64,000 bases of DNA from a virus (IMGVR_UViG_3300013121_000017:64001-128000); one strand, 5' to 3'; positions 1-10,433 are shown, numbered from the stretch's first letter. Made by a program: numbers and translations. The notes: generated by a model from the sequence alone, not told the origin.

Positions 1-1
1 A

Positions 2-1033
2 GATCACTGCGAAGCACTTGCCTTTTGGATGACTTTCAAATGTGCCGCTCTTCAGTTGCCATTCGGTGGTGCTAAGGGCGGCATCTGCGTTGATGCAACC
101 AAGCTGTCACACCGAGAACTGGAAAGATTGAGCAAGGCTTACATCGTTGCTTTCGCAGACTTCATCGGCCCCGACTCAGACATCCCAGCACCAGATATGT
201 ACACCGACGAGCGCACAATGGGCTGGATGTATTCTGAATATCGTAAGATCAAAGGCGGTCATCCTCTCGGGGTTATTACCGGCAAGCCTGTCGCTCTGGG
301 CGGGATCGAGGGTCGGGGCAGTGCAACTGGCTATGGTGGATTCTATGTCTTGGAGACACTCCTCAACAATCACATGCACGCAGCAAAGCTCAAGCCCAAG
401 GAAGAACTGACAGTTGCAATCCAGGGTTTTGGCAAAGTCGGCTACTGGATGGCTGAGAAGTGTTGGCGCAACCGTGTCCGCGTCGTCGCGATCAGCAACG
501 AGTTCGGCGGTTGTTACGACCCAGACGGCATCAACGTTCCCAAGGTCCGCGAAAGATTAGATGCAACTGGCGGAAAAGAATGGGGCCAGGGGGAGTCAAT
601 TAGCAATGCGGATCTGCTGAAGCTGAACGTGGACGTACTGGTTCCGGCTGCCATCGAGAATGTGATCACGAAGGACAATGCCGACCAGATCAACGCGAAG
701 ATGATACTCGAACTCGCCAACGGACCTACCACCCTGGAAGCCGACGCCATCCTCTGTGACAGAGGGATTGTTTGCATTCCAGACGTGTTGGCCAATGCTG
801 GCGGGGTCGTTGTCAGCTATTTCGAGTGGCGGCAAAACCGCACCGGAGAGAAGTGGCCGTTGACTAAGGTTGACGACACCCTCAAATCCATGATGCAGAG
901 CGCAACAAATGAAGTGATGACACACAGTCAAAAGCACTCAATCCCTGTTCGCACTTCAACTTACGCAATCGCCCTCCACCGGATAGGGGAGGCCAATGAC
1001 TGCCTGGGGACGAAGTCATTTTTCCGGTCTTGA
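2..1033 (+). CDS. gdhA: Glu/Leu/Phe/Val dehydrogenase (glutamate dehydrogenase), 5' truncated by window edge
   Basis: GGAKGGI, DIPAPD, GFGKVG Rossmann, ELANGP and PDVLANAGGVVVSYFEW motifs; frame is open upstream of the ATG at 29 (EALAFWMTFKCA). Confidence 0.93.
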   Translation, partial: DHCEALAFWMTFKCAALQLPFGGAKGGICVDATKLSHRELERLSKAYIVAFADFIGPDSDIPAPDMYTDERTMGWMYSEYRKIKGGHPLGVITGKPVALGGIEGRGSATGYGGFYVLETLLNNHMHAAKLKPKEELTVAIQGFGKVGYWMAEKCWRNRVRVVAISNEFGGCYDPDGINVPKVRERLDATGGKEWGQGESISNADLLKLNVDVLVPAAIENVITKDNADQINAKMILELANGPTTLEADAILCDRGIVCIPDVLANAGGVVVSYFEWRQNRTGEKWPLTKVDDTLKSMMQSATNEVMTHSQKHSIPVRTSTYAIALHRIGEANDCLGTKSFFRS

Positions 1034-1037
1034 CGTG

Positions 1038-1262
1038 TTATTTGACGATGACATCGGGGACGAAAACGTTTAGAATGACTACACGTTTTCCGTTGTTAAT
1101 GACAACGCATGCGTCGTTTCTGGCGGGGTCGAACGACTGAACTGCCCAGGACGAGAGCGGAATCTTCTGGAGCATGATGGTAACCGGGTTGTCCGGGCCG
1201 AGGGCTGCCAGTAGAGTAGTCTGCGAGATTCGCTGCGTGTTTTGACAAGCGGTTTGCGGCAT
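1038..1262 (-). CDS. hypothetical protein
   Basis: ATG at 1262 lies 4 nt after a TAAATA box; fills the gap between gdhA and the next gene. Confidence 0.5.
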   Translation of the reverse strand: MPQTACQNTQRISQTTLLAALGPDNPVTIMLQKIPLSSWAVQSFDPARNDACVVINNGKRVVILNVFVPDVIVK

Positions 1263-1280
1263 GTAGTATTTAGGAGACAG

Positions 1281-1604
1281 ATGACGGAAAGCAATCAAGA
1301 CGCATTCTTCTTCCAGGGCAAAGAGAAGATGGAGGCGTGGTGTACGGCATGCCGAAACACGCACCGGCCTGGGCAAGGATGGTTCTGGAGTGGTCTAAAA
1401 GGCTACGGCCCGTGGGATGTGAAGTGTCACTCCTGCGGCACATACATTCATCGGGTGAACAATGCCAAAGACAGCAAGAAAAAAGGCCGCAAAGCCCAAG
1501 GCCGCAAAGCTCAGGGCGGTAAAGCCCAAAGCCGAAAAACACATTCTCAGACCCGCGTTCAAGTGTCACGGCGGAAAGGCGTATCTCAAGAACTGGATCA
1601 TTGA
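1281..1604 (+). CDS. small CxxC..CxxC zinc-finger protein
   Basis: AGGAG RBS before ATG 1281; CTAC...CHSC; basic tail overlaps the methylase gene. Confidence 0.55.
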   Translation: MTESNQDAFFFQGKEKMEAWCTACRNTHRPGQGWFWSGLKGYGPWDVKCHSCGTYIHRVNNAKDSKKKGRKAQGRKAQGGKAQSRKTHSQTRVQVSRRKGVSQELDH

Positions 1605-2352
1605 GAACTTTCCCAAGAACGCTGAAGAGATGGTGTACGTCGAACCCTACGCGGGAGCGGCGAGCGTTCTCTTCAACAAGCCCCCTGGACCGGAAGAGGT
1701 TTTGAACGACCTCCATCCCGGCATCATCGAGATCTTCAAGGCGATTCGCGATCAGCCGAATGAGTTCGTGAAGAAACTGAAGCGTCTGTCCTACAACGAG
1801 CGAACCTTCAACAAGGCTTTGAAGAAGGCCGAGGAAGGCGTGTTCCCGGTCAAGCTTGACTTGGCCGTGAACGAATACGTTTTGCGACGGATGTCACGGG
1901 GCGGCATGAAGAACGCCTTCGCCTGGAGCGAACGCCTTCGCGGCGGTCAGCCCGGCGACGTAAATGCCTGGGAAACGGCTCTGGAACAAATCCCACTCTT
2001 GTCCGAGCGGCTTCAGACAGTTTACATCTTCAACAAGCCGGCTCTGGAGGTCATCCGCAGCTTCAACAGGAAAGACACCCTGCTGTACGTTGATCCGCCT
2101 TACCTGCACTCGACACGGGCCGCAAAACAGGTCTACGAAAAGTTCGAGATGACAGAGGACGATCACCGCAAGCTGCTTGATGCCCTGTGTTGTTTCCGTG
2201 GCAAGGTCATCGTCAGCGGTTACGACTCCGAGCTTTACAACGAGTTCTTCGCCAACTGGACGAAAGTGACGCGGGACATCGTGAACCACAGCAGCCAGTC
2301 GAAGATCAAGGAATACAAAACCGAGATCCTCTGGAAGAACTTCACGGAGTAG
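1462..2352 (+). CDS. dam: DNA adenine methyltransferase (Dam/D12 class)
   Basis: GGK, EPYAGAASV (motif I), NDL and DPPY (motif IV). Confidence 0.9.
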   Translation: MPKTARKKAAKPKAAKLRAVKPKAEKHILRPAFKCHGGKAYLKNWIIENFPKNAEEMVYVEPYAGAASVLFNKPPGPEEVLNDLHPGIIEIFKAIRDQPNEFVKKLKRLSYNERTFNKALKKAEEGVFPVKLDLAVNEYVLRRMSRGGMKNAFAWSERLRGGQPGDVNAWETALEQIPLLSERLQTVYIFNKPALEVIRSFNRKDTLLYVDPPYLHSTRAAKQVYEKFEMTEDDHRKLLDALCCFRGKVIVSGYDSELYNEFFANWTKVTRDIVNHSSQSKIKEYKTEILWKNFTE

Positions 2353-2393
2353 TTCGCCTCGAAACGTGTCCACAGTTGACACACGGAGTAACC

Positions 2394-2714
2394 ATGAAAG
2401 AAGCACTGGGTTCCGCACGCAACCTCACCCTGGTCGCCCAGGAGGACGGCAGCCTGCTGCCGATGATCGAGACTGTAATCATCGTCACGGAGCCACGCTT
2501 CGAGATCGCCAAGGAAGGTCTGGTCAAGGTCATCTCGTCCGACACACTTCGTTTCGTCGCATGTCCTGAAGTCCTCCGCGCCCTCTCTGAGCAGTTCGCA
2601 ACTTGGGCTGACGAAGCCGATGAGCTTGCGGATAGATACCCGCATGACGTTCAGGGAGTGGCTACTGAAGACGGAAGCAGAGATCGGGGTGCAGTACAGC
2701 AACCCGGTCAATGA
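2394..2714 (+). CDS. hypothetical protein
   Basis: GGAG RBS before ATG 2394. Confidence 0.5.
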   Translation: MKEALGSARNLTLVAQEDGSLLPMIETVIIVTEPRFEIAKEGLVKVISSDTLRFVACPEVLRALSEQFATWADEADELADRYPHDVQGVATEDGSRDRGAVQQPGQ

Positions 2715-2865
2715 TGACCGCTACGCTGAGAAGGGCGTGAAAAGCAACCGGGAGGGTGACAAAGCTCCCACGGTTCCTGGCCCTTGGAACGTAGACCCCG
2801 ACGACATGTACCTCACCGGCAAAAAGCGGGCGAGGGCGAAAAAGCAGCACGTCCAGCCTAAATAA
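2644..2865 (+). CDS. small putative internal head protein (CTS-like leader)
   Basis: MTFREWLLKTE N-terminus; TAGATA box 5 nt upstream. Confidence 0.6.
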   Translation: MTFREWLLKTEAEIGVQYSNPVNDDRYAEKGVKSNREGDKAPTVPGPWNVDPDDMYLTGKKRARAKKQHVQPK

Positions 2866-2885
2866 GAAAGCTCCAAAGGAGGACT

Positions 2886-3194
2886 ATGAACCCGAAGCCA
2901 GCAATCACCTTCAGCGTCAACACCGAAACCCTCAACAGGCAGGGACATCTCGTCCCGAACCGTCTTGAGGCAGCCGGCAACGAAACCCGCGCCGAGGCTG
3001 ATGACCAGAAGTTCCGTCGCACCATTGCAATGATCCCAGGTCTGACAATGGGCAACATGCCCAACAACTACCACCACGGTGAAACGTTCACCTTGTATGG
3101 CAAGGAAGCTCTGTACATGAAGGAACTCTACTGCAAGGGCAACGCCGACGATCTTCTGACTGTCGTCTCCACCGACTGGGATGACCACGGATAA
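2886..3194 (+). CDS. hypothetical protein
   Basis: AGGAGG RBS; TAAATA at 2859-2864. Confidence 0.7.
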   Translation: MNPKPAITFSVNTETLNRQGHLVPNRLEAAGNETRAEADDQKFRRTIAMIPGLTMGNMPNNYHHGETFTLYGKEALYMKELYCKGNADDLLTVVSTDWDDHG

Positions 3195-3204
3195 AGGAGC
3201 CTAC

Positions 3205-3525
3205 ATGGTGTCGTTCCACAAAATCATGGAACACATGGAGGCATACCGAGAAGAGAAGACTCACAGCAACGACAGGAAAGCAGTAGAGGCCATTCGCAAC
3301 GGCCTCAACGTCAGCGAAGACTTCTGGGACAACTTCCTGTTGGTGCTGAACAACTCTGGCGCTCTGTCTGAACTCCTTGGCGTTCCGACGACCAAGATCG
3401 CTTCGTGGCGGTCCCGCGTCCAGAAGTACCTAGACCAAGTCCAGGCCGAGGACGACGTACCAGATCCCAAGAAGCGTGCGAAGATGATTCGTGCGGAGAA
3501 AGATCCGTTTGACTTTGATTGGTAA
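3205..3525 (+). CDS. hypothetical protein with HTH-like segment and weak CTS-like leader
   Basis: AAGGAG RBS; MVSFHKIME; LSELLGVPTTKIASW resembles an HTH. Confidence 0.6.
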   Translation: MVSFHKIMEHMEAYREEKTHSNDRKAVEAIRNGLNVSEDFWDNFLLVLNNSGALSELLGVPTTKIASWRSRVQKYLDQVQAEDDVPDPKKRAKMIRAEKDPFDFDW

Positions 3526-3542
3526 CCCAGGAAAGAGGACCG

Positions 3543-3839
3543 ATGGGAAAGTTTGGGAAGTGGCTTGAGAACAAGAACCCGCAGGCTGTGAATGAGTTCA
3601 ATACCCTTGACCGCGCACAGCAAAAGTCAGACAAGGCTTATAGCGGGGTCAGTGATAGCAAGTTCAACACGACTGGAGGTCTTGCACAGATCATCCAGGG
3701 CGAGCTTGAGCAAATCTTGAAGCGGCGTGAAACCGAAGATCCCACGCAGGACAAGACAGCCATCCTCAACGCAATGAAGATCGCGTACAAAAATATCGTC
3801 GCCGCTCACCAAGCACAAGCCGCCGCCCCTGCGAAGTAA
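3543..3839 (+). CDS. hypothetical protein (CTS-like leader)
   Basis: GAGG RBS; MGKFGKWLE. Confidence 0.6.
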   Translation: MGKFGKWLENKNPQAVNEFNTLDRAQQKSDKAYSGVSDSKFNTTGGLAQIIQGELEQILKRRETEDPTQDKTAILNAMKIAYKNIVAAHQAQAAAPAK

Positions 3840-3858
3840 GGCATATAATTGGGGTGAG

Positions 3859-4884
3859 ATGATCAAAGATGTAAAGGTTGTTCACCAGAAGGCGTCACGC
3901 AAAGAACTGCAAGAAAAGATCAAGAAGGCACTGGCCAACAAGCCAACAGCGGCGTCTATCGCAAATCGCTCCACACCCATAGCTCCTATGGCTGCGGCGA
4001 CTCCACGTCCAGCTACCCAAGCGAGGCAGCCCGTGAAGTCGATCAAAAAGAACATGAACAAACGCCCTCGCTCCGAGGGCAGAACAACTCCCGCAACCTT
4101 CCTGACTGGCGAGGCATACCTGCTAGAACAGGAGTGCCGTCGTCGTGCTATGGGGCCGTTCAAGGGCGCACCGCCTTTCCCTCCGAACTACATCGGAACC
4201 TACAAGCATTCTGGCGACCTTGGCGACCTCTGGTACAGCCTGCCAATCATCCGCTACTACGGCCTGGGTGATCTCTACTTGGCAGTGGACGCATTGAAGT
4301 CAACCAAGTGTGATGGAACTCGCAGCGGCCTAAGTGAAAATCTCATCAAGCTCGCCAAACCGCTTCTCGAAGCCCAACCCTACATTCGAGAATGCAAGAT
4401 CTGGAAAAACGAGAAGGTGGACGTAGACATTGACATCTTCAGAAAAGTCAACCTCTACGGCGACATCAACCTCTGCGAGCTTATCCTGAAGAACTCTGGC
4501 GTCCCGTTCGAGGCCAGTGAAGAACCCTGGATTACCTGCGACAAGAAACGTGTTGCAGCCAGGGTGTTCGCCCGATCTCCACGTTATTGGAACCCCAACG
4601 TGGACTACACCGAAATCTACAACGCCTACAAGACAGATGCAGTATTTGTCGGCTTGCCATACGAACATCAACTGTTCGAGAACAAAGTCGGTCCCATCCC
4701 GTACTATCCAGTGAAGGACTTCTTGGAGATGGCTGAGGTCATCAACGGCGCGGACGTGTTCATCGGCAACCAGTCAAGTCCAATGGCGATAGCCATTGGC
4801 CTCGGCGTCAAGTACATCCAAGAGGTCTGTACGAACTGTCCGAACTGCATGTTCTCAAGGGAGAATGCGAAATACCTCACATGA
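3859..4884 (+). CDS. GT-B glycosyltransferase, GT9/heptosyltransferase-like
   Basis: HSGDLGD and AEVINGADVFIGNQSSPMAIAIGLG motifs; coupled to gmd. Confidence 0.65.
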   Translation: MIKDVKVVHQKASRKELQEKIKKALANKPTAASIANRSTPIAPMAAATPRPATQARQPVKSIKKNMNKRPRSEGRTTPATFLTGEAYLLEQECRRRAMGPFKGAPPFPPNYIGTYKHSGDLGDLWYSLPIIRYYGLGDLYLAVDALKSTKCDGTRSGLSENLIKLAKPLLEAQPYIRECKIWKNEKVDVDIDIFRKVNLYGDINLCELILKNSGVPFEASEEPWITCDKKRVAARVFARSPRYWNPNVDYTEIYNAYKTDAVFVGLPYEHQLFENKVGPIPYYPVKDFLEMAEVINGADVFIGNQSSPMAIAIGLGVKYIQEVCTNCPNCMFSRENAKYLT

Positions 4885-5864
4885 AAAAAGCCTTTATCAC
4901 TGGTGCAACTGGACAAGATGGTTCGTACTTGGCAGAGCTTTTGCTTTCCAAGGGATATGAAGTTCACGCTCTGGTCCGTCGCACGGCAGCCGAGAGTGAC
5001 GACGTTCGATTCAAGCGAATCAAGCATATCTTGAAAGACATTCATGTCGTCGCTGGAACCATCGAGAACTACCAAAGTATCCACAACGCTCTGTCTGCTG
5101 TCAAGCCAGACGAGATCTACCACCTCGCCGCACAGAGTTTCGTTGCCGACTCATTTGTGGATGAGTTCACTACCACCAAGACCAACATCGAAGGTACACA
5201 CAACATCCTGGCATGTGCCAAAGCCATCGTGCCGAAATGTCGCTTTTACTTCGCCGGCTCCAGCGAGCAATTCGGCGAAGTCTTGGAAACACCACAGAAA
5301 GAAACCACGCCATTCAACCCGCGTAGCGTCTACGGCGTCTCCAAGTGTGCCGGCTTCCATCTGACCAAGCACTACCGAAACGCTCATGGCATGCACGCCT
5401 CGTCTGGGTTGCTGTTCAATCATGAGAGTCCTCGTCGTGGCAAGGAATTTGTCACACGAAAAATCACATGGACCGTTCCACGCATTCACATGGGCAAGGA
5501 GGAAAAACTCCACCTTGGCAACCTTGACGCTCTCAGAGACTGGGGTCACGCAAAAGACTACGTCGAAGCCATGTGGTTGATGCTTCAACAGGACAAGGCA
5601 GACGACTATGTCATCGCAACAGGACAGAAACACTCAGTCAGAGATTTCTGCAAAGCTGCATTCGGCTACTACGGCATGGACTATGAACAGTACGTCGTGG
5701 TCGATCCCAAGTTCTTCAGGCCGACCGATGTCAACCTGCTGCTGGGAGATGCAACCAAAGCAAAAGAAGTCCTCGGCTGGCAGCCGAAGACTTCTTTCGA
5801 GGACTTGGTAAGGCAAATGATCGAGTCAGACTACGAAGACCTTCGCAAGATCATGAACATGTGA
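4881..5864 (+). CDS. gmd: GDP-mannose 4,6-dehydratase
   Basis: ITGATGQDGSYLAELLL, HLAAQS, YGVSK, LFNHESPRRG, FVTRKI and RDWGHAKDYV. Confidence 0.96.
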   Translation: MKKAFITGATGQDGSYLAELLLSKGYEVHALVRRTAAESDDVRFKRIKHILKDIHVVAGTIENYQSIHNALSAVKPDEIYHLAAQSFVADSFVDEFTTTKTNIEGTHNILACAKAIVPKCRFYFAGSSEQFGEVLETPQKETTPFNPRSVYGVSKCAGFHLTKHYRNAHGMHASSGLLFNHESPRRGKEFVTRKITWTVPRIHMGKEEKLHLGNLDALRDWGHAKDYVEAMWLMLQQDKADDYVIATGQKHSVRDFCKAAFGYYGMDYEQYVVVDPKFFRPTDVNLLLGDATKAKEVLGWQPKTSFEDLVRQMIESDYEDLRKIMNM

Positions 5865-6513
5865 TGTCTGCCAAGTGATCCGTAACCCTTCTCTTCTGGA
5901 ACACGGTAACGCCGTGTTCCGTTTGGAAGGTCAATGCACGGAGATCGCCGCTGCGAATCAGGGCTTTCATTTCTTCTGGCACGCCGCCGAACCAGTCGAA
6001 CTCAAGACACCACAGATCGTGAATGCAGATGATGCCGCCCGGCACGACGCGGGGGAACAAAGTCAGCAACTCCTGATACCGCTCCTTCAGTTCCGTATCA
6101 AGCCAGAGGAAGTCAAACTTCTCGTCCCTCAGACCGGCGAAGTAGGTGTGCGTTGACAGGTTCAGAACAGTCACATTGTCCAGACCCATTGTTCTGAACT
6201 TCTCCCGCGCCTTGTTCGCAACTGTCCCGTCGTGTTCAATGGTAATCAGCTTACCGCCCAGTCCATTGTCCTTCAACGCCAGAGCGATGTAGGACGCACT
6301 CACGCCGATGTTCGTGCCTGTTTCCAGCACGGTCATCGGCTTTGTCGTTCTGACAAGCCCGTAGAGCAGTTCCCCTTCTTCAACGGAGATCCCGGTGGGG
6401 TCATTCAGATGTTGCAGATCAGAGTGGCTGAACTGCTTCTCTCTGGACCCCTGTGAAACAGGAACCAGTTTTTTGGTCTTGTCCAGTGCGAGCAGCTTTT
6501 CGGTAGGTGTCAT
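5851..6513 (-). CDS. class I SAM-dependent O-methyltransferase
   Basis: VLETGTNIGVS motif I, FDFLWLD, PGGIICIHD. Confidence 0.85.
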   Translation of the reverse strand: MTPTEKLLALDKTKKLVPVSQGSREKQFSHSDLQHLNDPTGISVEEGELLYGLVRTTKPMTVLETGTNIGVSASYIALALKDNGLGGKLITIEHDGTVANKAREKFRTMGLDNVTVLNLSTHTYFAGLRDEKFDFLWLDTELKERYQELLTLFPRVVPGGIICIHDLWCLEFDWFGGVPEEMKALIRSGDLRALTFQTEHGVTVFQKRRVTDHLADITCS

Positions 6514-7202
6514 ATTGTGTCCAGTCTGAATACAAAGAGTCGGTTGATGCCATCAGCAGAGTGTCCATCGCCGAACTCGGCAGAGACATCGTTGTGGTGA
6601 GGGAAACAGGCGCGGAAGTCCTCAAACGTCCGCTCGTCCAGCTTGTGAAACTCGCCGACGATGTGGAGTACCTTGTCCTTCGCCGACGACTCCGCGATGG
6701 CCCACTCGCCACCCTCACAGTCAGTCTTCAGCAGTGTAATGTACTCGTATTTTTCGAGCAGGATGTCGAGATCCACCATCGGCACAACAACGGCTTGGGC
6801 GTTTTCGGAAGGTTTGTTCTGAGCCACAAAGCGGTGCGTCTTCGAGAACTCAGTCGAAGGGTCATTCCAGTAGATGAGATTGCGACCAATAGCTGCCGGC
6901 ACGACCTTGATCTTCTTTGCTAGTTCCGGGTTCAAACCCAGGTTCAGTTGCAGGTTCTCAAGGTTCTCTGGCAGTGGTTCCACAGCCACGCACTCCATGC
7001 CCAGTTGTGCAGCCAGCAAGGAAGCGTGTGCGCCGTATGCTCCGATGTCCACGAAGACGCCGCCGGCCTCAGCCAGCTTGCGGATGTGGTACTCGTCCGA
7101 CTCGATCTCGCCCATGCCGATGATGCAAATGGCGATGTTTTTGTCGGTACTGTCGGGCCTACAAGCAATCTTGATGCCCCTGAAGTCAACAACTTCGCTC
7201 AT
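6510..7202 (-). CDS. FkbM-family methyltransferase
   Basis: FVDIGAYGA, AVEP, LLKTDCEGGE, VGEFH. Confidence 0.85.
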   Translation of the reverse strand: MSEVVDFRGIKIACRPDSTDKNIAICIIGMGEIESDEYHIRKLAEAGGVFVDIGAYGAHASLLAAQLGMECVAVEPLPENLENLQLNLGLNPELAKKIKVVPAAIGRNLIYWNDPSTEFSKTHRFVAQNKPSENAQAVVVPMVDLDILLEKYEYITLLKTDCEGGEWAIAESSAKDKVLHIVGEFHKLDERTFEDFRACFPHHNDVSAEFGDGHSADGINRLFVFRLDTI

Positions 7203-8275
7203 CTCAACTCCTCAAGGAAACGGCGAACGCGGGCAGCTTCGTAATCCCAGTCGAACAAACCTTTGGCCGTCTTCCAACAGGCGTAGGAAATCTCGTTGGC
7301 GCGGTGAATGTTGTCGGTGATGTAGCGAATGGTAGAGGCCAGAGACTCGACAGTATACTCGGCTTCCAGGCAAGTTCTGAACGGCATCAGGTACTGCCGG
7401 GCGGTGCGATACTGGAAGAAACGACGCGGGATGATCGGAATGCGACCGAGGGCCACACTCTGCAATACGGAGTGGCCATAGCCCTCATACGTCTTGAAGT
7501 AGTAGCCGCATCCGGCGTTGAGGTAAGCGGCGGGCATGTCCTTCTCGGAAAGCATGCCGTAGGTGTTGTTGATCCCGTAGTCCTTGAACTGGCACTCGGG
7601 CATTACCTCCTTCAGCCTGTTCCACATGCCGTAGACGCTGATCTCCCCCGTAGGCTGAGTCGGTCCCTGACAATGCGGACAGGCGTTGCCCCAACACCAT
7701 GCGTCCTTGTCCCAATGCCAGCTATTGAATGACGGCAAACAATTCGTGAACGTTGCAACCGTCTTCAGATTCTCTGGCTCGATAGGGGTGAACTCCTTCG
7801 GCTGGTACTGGTATCCCAATTCCTGGGAATAGAGAATCTTGTGAGTCGGACAAAGGTGATAGGAGCTAAGGTCCGAAGACATGAAGTTCTTGACGAAACT
7901 CCAGTCGTGTTCGCTCTTCTCGTTTCCGGCCTGTCCGATGACCTTGATGTTCTTGTTGCGATGATCTGCCAGAAGCTTTCTGAACAGAGGGACGCTCTCG
8001 CATCTGGAAACAAGAACGGCATCCCAATCCTCGGCGAGGAATTGATCACGGTTGATGTGGTAGGGGAAGTTAGAGAAATACTTCTCTGGAACTCCCTGTA
8101 GGTTCTGATAATGGTCACTGGTCACCGGCAGCCAAACGCCGGGACTGCTGTGTTGGTACGCCCAGGTCACAAAATCTGGATCAGGGAAGTAGATGTCATG
8201 ACCCAGCCGTTCGTGGAACAGGAGGAAGAGGCTACGCCCCAGACCGCCGTGATGATGGTCACTGAAGATTCGCAA
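7199..8275 (-). CDS. putative glycosyltransferase (GT-B)
   Basis: C-terminal EGYGHSVLQSVALGRIPI resembles the GT4 E-x7-E region; cluster context. Confidence 0.6.
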   Translation of the reverse strand: MRIFSDHHHGGLGRSLFLLFHERLGHDIYFPDPDFVTWAYQHSSPGVWLPVTSDHYQNLQGVPEKYFSNFPYHINRDQFLAEDWDAVLVSRCESVPLFRKLLADHRNKNIKVIGQAGNEKSEHDWSFVKNFMSSDLSSYHLCPTHKILYSQELGYQYQPKEFTPIEPENLKTVATFTNCLPSFNSWHWDKDAWCWGNACPHCQGPTQPTGEISVYGMWNRLKEVMPECQFKDYGINNTYGMLSEKDMPAAYLNAGCGYYFKTYEGYGHSVLQSVALGRIPIIPRRFFQYRTARQYLMPFRTCLEAEYTVESLASTIRYITDNIHRANEISYACWKTAKGLFDWDYEAARVRRFLEELR

Positions 8276-8278
8276 GTG

Positions 8279-9199
8279 TCACCTCAGAATACGATTGATG
8301 AATTCGACCCACTGGGGTCCGACTGTCTTCACGTCGAACCGTTCCCTGTTCTTGAGAGACGCCTTGTGCCAGAAGTCTCTCGATCCCTTGTCCGCCAGAA
8401 GACGCTGTGTCATGTTGATCATGGTCTTCACATCGTTGCTCAAGAGCAACTCCATGTTTTCTTCAGCAATGCCATGACCATTGTCGTAAACAACGGTGGG
8501 TATGCCAGCACACCACGCCTCGATCTGGGACATGATGAGAGCCGCTGGGACCGTGCCGAAGGAAACGAATGCGGCATGATCACGGAAGCGTTCGCGCATA
8601 TCGGGTTCTGGGATCTCGCCCATGCCGCCGACCTCATCTGTCTCCTTGCCTGACAGCATGAGGGGAACGGAACGCTTGAGTTCCTTCATCAGTTCCCAGC
8701 CACAACCGTGGCCGCGTTTGTGGATGCTATTGCAGGTCGCGTAAGCAACCGGGTAAATGCCCTGCCACGGCTCGAAGTCCTCGAAATACTTCCCGAAGTA
8801 GATCTGCTTGTTTTTGTGATCGGGGCAGCCATGTTCTCGGTGTCGGCGGTAGTCTTTGACTGAGTAGGGGGCTACATAGGCGTGAGGGTAATCCTGGCAG
8901 AGTTTGCCGATTGCCTCATACTGCCAAGTGTCCGTCTGGCCGAAACTGGTCAAGACGACCCGCTTGCCCTGATCGAGCAAGCCACGCATGACATCGACGT
9001 ATTTCGGGACTTGGTGGAGGACGATGAAATCGAAGTCATTGATGTTGGAATTGTGATCGGTAACGCCTTCGATCTTGGGACGTTGTTTTGACCCCAAATC
9101 CCAGTCGCCAAAGACCTCGTAACCCAGGTCTTTGAACATCCTGGCGTGGTCATATTCCAGGGACGCATGACAAGATTGAATGAAAAGCCGGTCGCCCAT
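8279..9199 (-). CDS. putative GT4-like glycosyltransferase
   Basis: IEAWCAGIPTVV motif; AGGAGG RBS before ATG 9199. Confidence 0.65.
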   Translation of the reverse strand: MGDRLFIQSCHASLEYDHARMFKDLGYEVFGDWDLGSKQRPKIEGVTDHNSNINDFDFIVLHQVPKYVDVMRGLLDQGKRVVLTSFGQTDTWQYEAIGKLCQDYPHAYVAPYSVKDYRRHREHGCPDHKNKQIYFGKYFEDFEPWQGIYPVAYATCNSIHKRGHGCGWELMKELKRSVPLMLSGKETDEVGGMGEIPEPDMRERFRDHAAFVSFGTVPAALIMSQIEAWCAGIPTVVYDNGHGIAEENMELLLSNDVKTMINMTQRLLADKGSRDFWHKASLKNRERFDVKTVGPQWVEFINRILR

Positions 9200-9251
9200 T
9201 TCGTTCCTCCTACAGTAAGTATAGTGATCCAACAGGAGAAACACGAACCCC

Positions 9252-10433
9252 ATGAGCAAACCAGACTTGTCACAAGAATTCTGCGAACTCCCACACTTTG
9301 AACGCGAAGATGTACTATCCGCCCAGGCGGTTGGTCAACAATTCGGCTGGCAGATCGCCAACTACGATCTTCCAGAGGCGTGGAAGGACACATGCGGCGA
9401 AGGCGTCACTGTCGCGGTGCTAGACACCGGCTGCGATATGACACACCCCGACCTCGCACCCAATCTACTCCCAGGCATGAACATCATCAATCCTGGCATG
9501 CCGCCGCAGGACGACAACGGTCATGGTTCGCACGTCGCAGGCATCATCGCCGCCTGCAACAACGACATCGGTGTTGTTGGTGTAGCCAACTGCTGCAAAA
9601 TCCTGCCCGTAAAGGTTCTGAATCGCGTCGGAGCCGGTCGGATGGACCACGTCGTCAGGGGCATCAACTGGGCCGTTGACAACGGGGCCGATCTCATCTG
9701 TATGTCGCTCGGAACACGAAACCCTCTTGAAGAGGTCTACAACACGATTCAAAAAGCCGCCGACAAAGGCGTCATCTGCTTCGTTGCTGCCGGTAACGCG
9801 GGACAAACGACTCAGTTGCTATACCCCGCAGCCTACGACATCACAATCAGCATTGGCGCGATTGACGAGAACTCCATGCGGGCCTCTTTCAGTTGCACGG
9901 GACCAAACCTCGATTTCGTAGCTCCAGGCGTCAACATTTACAGCACCGTGCCGCCGTCAAGCTACGCGATCATGAACGGTACGTCTCAGGCTGCTCCGTT
10001 CGCCGCAGGCGTTGCGACATTGATCCTTGCCTACCGTCGCAAGAACATTCCTGATCTGAAGATGACCAAGGCTGATTACGTTGCAGCCATGAAGTACAAC
10101 GCACTCAGCGTCCAGAATCTGGACACCAAGTACGCAGAGCTTGGAAATCGGTTTTTCCAGGGATTCGGCATCATCAATCCGCAAGCCATGATCGAATGGC
10201 TAGAAACCAAAAAGGTCGAAGGTGTGGCACAAACACTAGGCAATGTCATCAGCGAAGTCGGGATGATCCGGTCCAACGCTGACGTTACAGTGTTGCGAAA
10301 ACTGGTCCAAAGCCTTGGCGAAAAGCTGAACAAGTTCCCGATCAAGCAGCCTGTGGCAAATCAGCCGGCGGCTCCTCCGCAGGCGGTTCAGCCTGCGGCT
10401 CTTCCGGCTGAACTGCCTCCCGCAACTGTTTGA
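9252..10433 (+). CDS. subtilisin-family (S8) serine protease
   Basis: Catalytic triad VLDTG, HGSHVAG, GTSQAAP; AAGN oxyanion motif. Confidence 0.93.
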   Translation: MSKPDLSQEFCELPHFEREDVLSAQAVGQQFGWQIANYDLPEAWKDTCGEGVTVAVLDTGCDMTHPDLAPNLLPGMNIINPGMPPQDDNGHGSHVAGIIAACNNDIGVVGVANCCKILPVKVLNRVGAGRMDHVVRGINWAVDNGADLICMSLGTRNPLEEVYNTIQKAADKGVICFVAAGNAGQTTQLLYPAAYDITISIGAIDENSMRASFSCTGPNLDFVAPGVNIYSTVPPSSYAIMNGTSQAAPFAAGVATLILAYRRKNIPDLKMTKADYVAAMKYNALSVQNLDTKYAELGNRFFQGFGIINPQAMIEWLETKKVEGVAQTLGNVISEVGMIRSNADVTVLRKLVQSLGEKLNKFPIKQPVANQPAAPPQAVQPAALPAELPPATV

